NCBI GenBank assembly: GCA_045613315.1
Contig: JAZLAV010000021.1
Location: 1-53,246, forward strand
Reading direction: 5' to 3'
DNA: 53,246 nucleotides
Source: Candidatus Enterousia sp.
GTDB taxonomy: Bacteria > Pseudomonadota > Alphaproteobacteria > Rs-D84
Of the stretch, positions 47,371 through 53,246 are shown piece after piece (the stretch's first letter is position 1; every line of letters starts with the position of its first letter). The notes beneath the pieces were generated by a model. The model was not told the DNA's origin. It did not search any database and worked only from the letters and a program-made list of their open reading frames with translations. The translations under genes and the position numbers were made by a program.

Positions 47371-48165
47371 CTACCGACATCTTGAACGTGTACCCAAATA
47401 CACCCTGGCTCTGACTGTGCGGACGCCTTGGCACTGACGGTTCTGTTCGGCATTGCTGTTCGCGTTGTCATGACCGTTAACATTGTCATTTGCATTAACA
47501 ACGCCATTGGTGTTCACAATAACATTACCATTGTTATCACCGTTGATAATAACCGTTTGTACCGGTGCATTTGCATTTGTACGCACGACAACCGTATCCG
47601 GCGTCGCCACCACAGACGTTTGTTGTTCGGCCACTGTCACCACCACCGCTGGTTGTTCTGGGGCCGGTTGGTCATGTTTTGTCGGGGCCGGGTTGACTTT
47701 TACGGGTTGATTTTGACGTTTTGCGGGTTTGTTCTTTTTCGCCGGTCTTGTTTGTGTTGCCGGTTTGCTCATACTGTTTTTCAGACTGTCGCATCCCGCC
47801 TTTAACGAATCCAATTTTTCATTAACCCCATCATCGTGCGCATCGATTCTGTTTTTGATATCGCCATCATGAGATTCAATTAATTCTTTTATATCCTGGG
47901 CATCTTGACGTAAACTGTCAACACCATTACGCACGTCCACCAATGTAGATTTGCGTGCATTTTCTGCTTCCTGGATTGCGTCATTTTTATCATTGCACTG
48001 TGAAACACCAAAGATAATTGCGATAGCCGCGATTGTCCCGGCGGCAACATTCACCCATGTTTTTTTATCTATGTTTCTGCGGGCACCGTCATTGCCATTA
48101 TTGGTGTTATTACCTTTGTTTGTGTTATTGCCGTTGCTTGCCATTTTTATTCCTTTGCTTGCCAT
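47371..48165 (-). CDS. Single-TM hypothetical protein with coiled coil and low-complexity Pro/Asn/Val tail
   Basis: TM WVNVAAGTIAAIAIIFGV; two in-frame starts (48165 and 48144). Confidence 0.75.
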   Translation of the reverse strand: MASKGIKMASNGNNTNKGNNTNNGNDGARRNIDKKTWVNVAAGTIAAIAIIFGVSQCNDKNDAIQEAENARKSTLVDVRNGVDSLRQDAQDIKELIESHDGDIKNRIDAHDDGVNEKLDSLKAGCDSLKNSMSKPATQTRPAKKNKPAKRQNQPVKVNPAPTKHDQPAPEQPAVVVTVAEQQTSVVATPDTVVVRTNANAPVQTVIINGDNNGNVIVNTNGVVNANDNVNGHDNANSNAEQNRQCQGVRTVRARVYLGTRSRCR

Positions 48166-48175
48166 TTTTATTCCT
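48134..48175. repeat. 21-bp tandem duplication containing RBS and start codon
   Basis: TTGCTTGCCATTTTTATTCCT x2. Confidence 0.9.
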
Positions 48176-48197
48176 TTTGTTTTACCTTGTTGTCCAC

Positions 48198-48226
48198 AAT
48201 ATAGACAAATTGTCGTGTTTTGTCAA
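48198..48226 (-). promoter_or_regulatory. Sigma70-type promoter for the 48165 gene
   Basis: Minus strand TTGACA-17 nt-TATATT. Confidence 0.6.
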
Positions 48227-48309
48227 GTGTCTTTTCGCTTTTTTCTTTTTCGTTTGTTTTTTCTTTGCGCCCCACCCCTTTTTCTGGTATAATTAAACAC
48301 CAGAGAGAA

Positions 48310-49170
48310 ATGATTAAAAAAACCGCTTTTATAATATTATATTGTGCGCTAGTGCCGGCAATTGGGCACGCGGCGTGTTCGCGCGCGAATTTAACACGAT
48401 GTTTGGATTCTGCGTGTGCCATTAATTTATCGTCGAATCCGGCCGCCCGGTGCCAGTATTGTGGCACCGCGGATGCGGGCGAACCGAACGACACGGGTCT
48501 GCGTGCCGTATCGGTGGGAACATCTGCGAAATTCAGCATTTCATCGCGTGAAATGCGTTCCGCCCCGACCGATCCGGGCGAACGTTATGTTTGGGCATCG
48601 AAAAAGTGCCTGGCCATGGTTAACGATTGTACCGCCGACGACATATCTGATGTGTACGACGTGTTAATTGAACAATCGTGCACTGCGGCGGGCATAAGCG
48701 CACAGATGGCCACATTATTTGAAAACGCCCGCAAGACCAAAACGGAAAGCGTATGTAAATCTGAAATAAGTGCATGTATCATTGCCGACACGCGGTGCCA
48801 ATCGCGCTATGCCGGGTGTGGTGCGGACGACGATTTCAACAAATATTTTTCAGAATGTTCGGTTGCATCGACCGGATGCGATGCATATTTGACGGGCATT
48901 CGGTCCACATTGGCCACCGCCCGCACAAACGCGATTACGAACGCAGAATCGGCGATTGTGGCGATTGCCACGGGCTATCGTGATGCCCGTGAAAAACGTT
49001 TAGCTGCGATAAACAAATCGTGTGCGGACAATTCCGGCCGTGATGCGTGCATAACATCGATTTGCAATCGCAGTATGCCCAACAAATGCGATGCGGCATA
49101 CCCAACGGAACGTTCTATGGCGGCCCAGTTGTGCAAGTTTTATGAAATTGCATGTGCAACATTAAAATAA
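48310..49170 (+). CDS. Secreted Cys-rich protein (member D)
   Basis: Signal peptide MIKKTAFIILYCALVPAIGHA; CLDSAC, CKSEISACIIADTRC modules. Confidence 0.85.
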   Translation: MIKKTAFIILYCALVPAIGHAACSRANLTRCLDSACAINLSSNPAARCQYCGTADAGEPNDTGLRAVSVGTSAKFSISSREMRSAPTDPGERYVWASKKCLAMVNDCTADDISDVYDVLIEQSCTAAGISAQMATLFENARKTKTESVCKSEISACIIADTRCQSRYAGCGADDDFNKYFSECSVASTGCDAYLTGIRSTLATARTNAITNAESAIVAIATGYRDAREKRLAAINKSCADNSGRDACITSICNRSMPNKCDAAYPTERSMAAQLCKFYEIACATLK

Positions 49171-49184
49171 ACGGATTGTGTTAA

Positions 49185-50531
49185 ATGATGTGTGGAAACG
49201 GATTTTTGGCAAACAATTTTGGCAATCGCGCGTGTTTCGCGATTGTTGCGATATTGGCGACATTTGCGACCGCATCCGGCGCGAACGTTGTCCAGCGCGA
49301 CACCGTGACGAATCGGGTTTCGGCCACCCGTCCCACCGTTGCGGCGAATCGTATGCCATCGATGACTGTTAACATTGGTTCGACATCCACATCGACGACC
49401 AGCACGACGACCGACACAACGTCAACCGACACGACGACAACGACGACCACACCGACGGAATCTGACACAGGCACAGCAAACATTGAAAACAAATCGGACA
49501 TGTTTGGATCTGGTTTATCGACGCGTTCCACGACCCAGATTGACACGGCTGCGAACAATTTGGCCGAATTGGTCCGGGCCCAACGTGCCACCCTGGACGC
49601 GGCCGGTGCGACCGCGACTACAACCACAACTGCGACAAATTCGGCCGGCAACGGTGGCAACGCGTGCGATTCCGCGTTGCGTGCGTGCATGATCCTGAAA
49701 TGCGGTAACAATTTTGCCAAGTGTATTGGCGACACCGACACAACGTTTTTCGACAAAATGGACACATGCCGTCGTTCGACGAAATGCACGGGGCGCGAAT
49801 ATACATTGTTTTCGACCGAGATAAAGGCCGACCGTGATTTCAATGCAAAAATCGCTAATTATAACGCGACGATTGATTGTGGCACGAATTATGACGCGTG
49901 TATTATTGCCCAATGTGGTGTGAACTATTCGAAATGTCTGGGGAAATCTGCGGGCGACACGGCAATTACGAAATGTGAATCGATTGCGAAATCGTGCACA
50001 ACATATGATTCGGGGCTTGCGATGCGCGCAATGGCCGTCTTTGGCGATTTTCGACAGACCGCCGAACGTCAAATTGCGACCGACGAACAGAAATTATACG
50101 CCCTGCGGGAACGTATGCGCAACGTGTGCACACATTTGGGTGCGATGTTTGACGAACGATCATTGGATTGTGTTTACACGGTGAATTTCCATGCGGGCAA
50201 CGAATCGACGCTTTTCGCGTCCAAGAAATTATATGCCGGTTCCACATTTGATTGTACCCAGGATTGGTTTGGCGTTAACGTGACGACATATCGTGAAAAC
50301 GCGATGCGTGAAACCCGCGCCCAAACATCTGCATCGTCGGCAATGTTGGGTTCCGGTGCCGGCCAGGCGACGGGCGCAATCACATCGGGCGCGATTAACC
50401 GTGCCATTGACCGTTACCGCGCGGACAGTGCATTGGACGACATCGTTGCCGAATGCACCGCCGCATACGGTGCCGACGCCCCCGAATGCCGTGGTGAACA
50501 ATCCACCGCGCAACCGGAAGCGCCGAAATAA
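49185..50531 (+). CDS. Secreted Cys-rich protein (member E) with Thr-rich linker and Gly-rich C-terminal segment
   Basis: Hydrophobic N-terminus; CDSALRACMILKCGNNFAKC and CGTNYDACIIAQCGVNYSKC internal repeats; AMLGSGAGQATGAITSGAI. Confidence 0.85.
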   Translation: MMCGNGFLANNFGNRACFAIVAILATFATASGANVVQRDTVTNRVSATRPTVAANRMPSMTVNIGSTSTSTTSTTTDTTSTDTTTTTTTPTESDTGTANIENKSDMFGSGLSTRSTTQIDTAANNLAELVRAQRATLDAAGATATTTTTATNSAGNGGNACDSALRACMILKCGNNFAKCIGDTDTTFFDKMDTCRRSTKCTGREYTLFSTEIKADRDFNAKIANYNATIDCGTNYDACIIAQCGVNYSKCLGKSAGDTAITKCESIAKSCTTYDSGLAMRAMAVFGDFRQTAERQIATDEQKLYALRERMRNVCTHLGAMFDERSLDCVYTVNFHAGNESTLFASKKLYAGSTFDCTQDWFGVNVTTYRENAMRETRAQTSASSAMLGSGAGQATGAITSGAINRAIDRYRADSALDDIVAECTAAYGADAPECRGEQSTAQPEAPK

Positions 50532-50570
50532 CAGTAATTCCAGAAACAATACCCAAGGCGCATAATAATC

Positions 50571-53024
50571 ATGAAAAAAATATTTATTGCATTTTTAATT
50601 TCCGTTTTCTTAAGCCCGGTCGGTATGTATGCCAACCCGTTCCCATTGACCATAATTGGGTTGGTTCAGGATACCAATAACACCCCCCTGCAAAACATCA
50701 CCGTCGAAGAATTTACTATCAATGACCGCAGCACGGGCACTTCCACCCAAACCGATGCCGACGGCAAATGGGCCATGACCATGAGCACCCTTGACAACAC
50801 GTTGGTTATTGGTGCCACATCTGACTATAACGAATGGCGTGGTACGGGAAATGACCTTGTACAAAACGGTGACTATGAACTTGATGGAAAGGCCCGAATT
50901 TATAAAACAACCCTGACGAAAAAACAAAACGCACCCGACAATTCCAGTGGGGGCCCGACCCAACAATCAGAAAAACAAATAACAATATCTGGCACGGTTA
51001 CGGATCAAAACGGAGAGCCACTTCCTGGTGTAAATATCCGCACCCAGAATGACGACACCAAAGGAACAAGCACAGATATAAATGGCACATTCACACTGAA
51101 CAATGTTCCACACAACGCCCGTATTTTGTTTTCGTATGTTGGCTTTTTGGGACACGAATGTGTCGCAAACGAATGTGGGCAAAACATTGTCCTGCAAGAA
51201 AATGCCAAAACTCTGCAGGATGCCGAAATTATCGCACAAAGGCCCAATACGACCATCAGTACACCCAACAATCTCACCATCGACACCACCGGGGCTGCAA
51301 CAATCCCTGCCGACAAGGTTAAACTCGCTGAACTTGACACCAGTACTACACCGACCACACAAGATGAACCCGCGGCGGAAGAACCCGCGGAAGAACCCGC
51401 GGCGGAAGAACAGAAACCGGAACCCGTTAAACCCAGATTAAGCCTTGAACAATATCGGCAAGAAATTTCTGAATTAAAGAAAAACGCCACCGCCATGCAT
51501 GACCGCGAAAATTCGTTGGCAAATCGTATGATTGGTGCGGTGGGTATTGGCGCAACCGGTATTGGTGGGACAATGGTTGGCGCGGCGTTATCTGAACGGG
51601 CGGCCGACGACGACGCAGAACGCGAAATGCGCGCATATTTGGAAACATTCCGGTGTGATTATGGTGCCGGAACAACCGTCCGTGGTGGCGAAACAAATGT
51701 CGAATTGCCCGGCGGGAACGATATGATTGGGCTTTATACCGAATACGCGCAATTGGCAAATGATTTAAAAATCCGCAAAACGGCACTGGGCATCCGCCCC
51801 GGCATCGAATCCGATATTGTTATTGACAAGGCCGAAACCGGTCTTTACGACGACGTCGGCACCGGCATTTCCGGTGGCGCATATGCATCCATTGCGCGTG
51901 CATTATTGGACCCCAATGGCGAAGATGCAAAACGTTGGGCCGCCCAGCGTGACTCAACCAATTCCAAATTAACAACCGGTGCAATTGTCGCCGGTGTTGG
52001 TGCGGTGGGTTCCGCCGTCGCCAACATCGCGGTGAACCACGGAACCGGCGACAAATCGTCGGAAATTTTGAAAAAATATTCGGTAATGCGTGCACCATTT
52101 GAACAATTGGAACAAAGGGTAAATAACACACAACCCACACAATCCTGTTCGCAATATAATGCCACCGGCACATATCCAAACTGCACATGCAACAATGCAA
52201 ATTCATATTTCACAACAAACGGTGGTTGTGTTGAATGCTCTGGCGATTTGGTTGTAAATACCAATGGGGATGGATGTGTATGTCCAAGTACCAAACCTGT
52301 TCAAAGTGGAACATCGTGCGCAGCCACGACCCAAAATTGCTCCCTGCGTGGGTTAACGGCCACAAATGCCTGTAGATGTGTCGATAACGCAACCGCAAAC
52401 AACGACAAATGCGAATGCCAAAATGGATACGGGGAAGAAAACGGACAATGTGTTAAACAACAACAACAACAACAAACAGAGTCCCCCCAGCAACAACTAC
52501 AGACAGGCAATACAATCGTACAGGTCAACATGGGCAGCGACGTATTATTTGAATCTGGCAGTGCCACTCTCACCCCAGAAGGCAAATCCACGTTGACCGA
52601 ATTCGTCAGCGGGTGCCAATCCACCGCAAAGCAGCACGGTATTGATTTAACAAACGCAACCGATTACTGTTTAATAATCGTTGGCAAAACCGACCACCAG
52701 GGATTTAGTCCCCGAAACCCGTTTTACAGCAGAGCCGGCAACGATGCGGAACGAAACATCGCATTGTCCCTGGCACGTGCAGAATCCGCCAAAGAGGAAA
52801 TCACATCCGCATTTAACGAATCAAACATTCGCACATACGGCATCGGCGCATCGGATTGTGCAACAAGCACCCCCAAAAACCAACCAGATTGTCGCCGTGT
52901 TAATATAATTATGGTTGCCGGTCCGTGTGATACTAATTTAACCAATACGTCTTCTTGGATAAACAATGTTGCAGGTGCAGGCACCGGCACAGATGCATTA
53001 ATCACCGCAATCAATAATAACTGA
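50571..53024 (+). CDS. Exported multidomain protein: carboxypeptidase-regulatory-like domains, glycine-zipper hairpins, Cys-rich repeats, OmpA-like C-terminal domain
   Basis: ISGTVTDQNGEPLPGVNI...TSTDINGTFTL...FSYVGF; GAVGIGATGIGG; EGF/furin-like CxC repeats; VLFESGSATL...GKTD...NIALSLARA...G.G...RRVNI. Confidence 0.85.
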   Translation: MKKIFIAFLISVFLSPVGMYANPFPLTIIGLVQDTNNTPLQNITVEEFTINDRSTGTSTQTDADGKWAMTMSTLDNTLVIGATSDYNEWRGTGNDLVQNGDYELDGKARIYKTTLTKKQNAPDNSSGGPTQQSEKQITISGTVTDQNGEPLPGVNIRTQNDDTKGTSTDINGTFTLNNVPHNARILFSYVGFLGHECVANECGQNIVLQENAKTLQDAEIIAQRPNTTISTPNNLTIDTTGAATIPADKVKLAELDTSTTPTTQDEPAAEEPAEEPAAEEQKPEPVKPRLSLEQYRQEISELKKNATAMHDRENSLANRMIGAVGIGATGIGGTMVGAALSERAADDDAEREMRAYLETFRCDYGAGTTVRGGETNVELPGGNDMIGLYTEYAQLANDLKIRKTALGIRPGIESDIVIDKAETGLYDDVGTGISGGAYASIARALLDPNGEDAKRWAAQRDSTNSKLTTGAIVAGVGAVGSAVANIAVNHGTGDKSSEILKKYSVMRAPFEQLEQRVNNTQPTQSCSQYNATGTYPNCTCNNANSYFTTNGGCVECSGDLVVNTNGDGCVCPSTKPVQSGTSCAATTQNCSLRGLTATNACRCVDNATANNDKCECQNGYGEENGQCVKQQQQQQTESPQQQLQTGNTIVQVNMGSDVLFESGSATLTPEGKSTLTEFVSGCQSTAKQHGIDLTNATDYCLIIVGKTDHQGFSPRNPFYSRAGNDAERNIALSLARAESAKEEITSAFNESNIRTYGIGASDCATSTPKNQPDCRRVNIIMVAGPCDTNLTNTSSWINNVAGAGTGTDALITAINNN
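51366..51410 (+). repeat. In-frame tandem repeat encoding EPAAE-EPAE-EPAAEE
   Basis: GAACCCGCG(GCG)GAA units. Confidence 0.8.
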
Positions 53025-53060
53025 TTCCTGTGATTTTATTTCCCCGCGTCGTGATTCCAA

Positions 53061-53226
53061 TCATCATCCCGGCCCCCGAGCCGGGATCCATGCCCGAGCA
53101 TTCGCCGCGGGCGCGGCGATCACGGGCAGGCCTCGTCTCCACCTGCGGCCGACGAGCGGGCGACTTCCACTCAGGCATGGGTCCCGGCTCTCCGGGTCTC
53201 CGCCCCTGCGGCCGGGATGACGATGA
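53061..53226. repeat. Second RPE/REP-like palindromic element, GC-rich
   Basis: TCATCCCGGCCCCCGAGCCGGGATCCA is 26/27 identical to the element at 41961; terminal inverted repeat GGCCGGGATGAC; inner arm GAGCCGGGATCCATGCCCGAG/CTCAGGCATGGGTCCCGGCTC. Confidence 0.75.
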
Positions 53227-53246
53227 AAGGAAAGGCTCTGCCCCGG

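Noticed and set aside
52458-52475. (CAA)6 as a phase-variation tract
   Set aside because: Trinucleotide in-frame poly-Gln linker; slippage would not shift the frame

Overview
A 53 kb chromosomal segment of moderate GC from an alphaproteobacterium (CcrM-like methyltransferase, alpha-type bS21, NrdR and envC-ctpA neighbourhood). The style resembles small-genome uncultured gut alphaproteobacteria such as the Rs-D84/'Enterousia' group; this placement is an inference. Housekeeping genes: ctpA, envC, tyrS, tsf, rpsB, rpsU, lpxL-like, msbA, clpB, rpmB, mscS, infA, clpX, clpP, pgk, rnhB, a lytic transglycosylase, nrdR, ccrM, and tRNA-Ala(TGC), tRNA-Leu(CAA), tRNA-Gln(CTG). The most striking unexplained content is a paralogous family of large secreted Cys-rich proteins in two clusters (19.6-28 kb and 48.3-53 kb). 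They share a C-x6-C-x4-6-CG-x-[DN]-[FYW]-xx-C module, coiled-coil-like stretches and Gly-rich hydrophobic hairpins. The second cluster ends in an OmpA-domain protein and lies near an ankyrin/degenerate-subtilase/barrel-like protein, making this a candidate undescribed envelope-spanning or membrane-inserting system. Other oddities: a serum-amyloid-A-like protein in a phage-like remnant at tRNA-Leu, a pseudo-Fic/kinase pair inserted between envC and ctpA, two ACP-like paralogs, a chimeric Pmp/phage-fibre-like/YadA trimeric autotransporter, a structured ncRNA candidate, two RPE-like palindromic elements, and a GC-rich DGR-VR-like cassette at the left edge.
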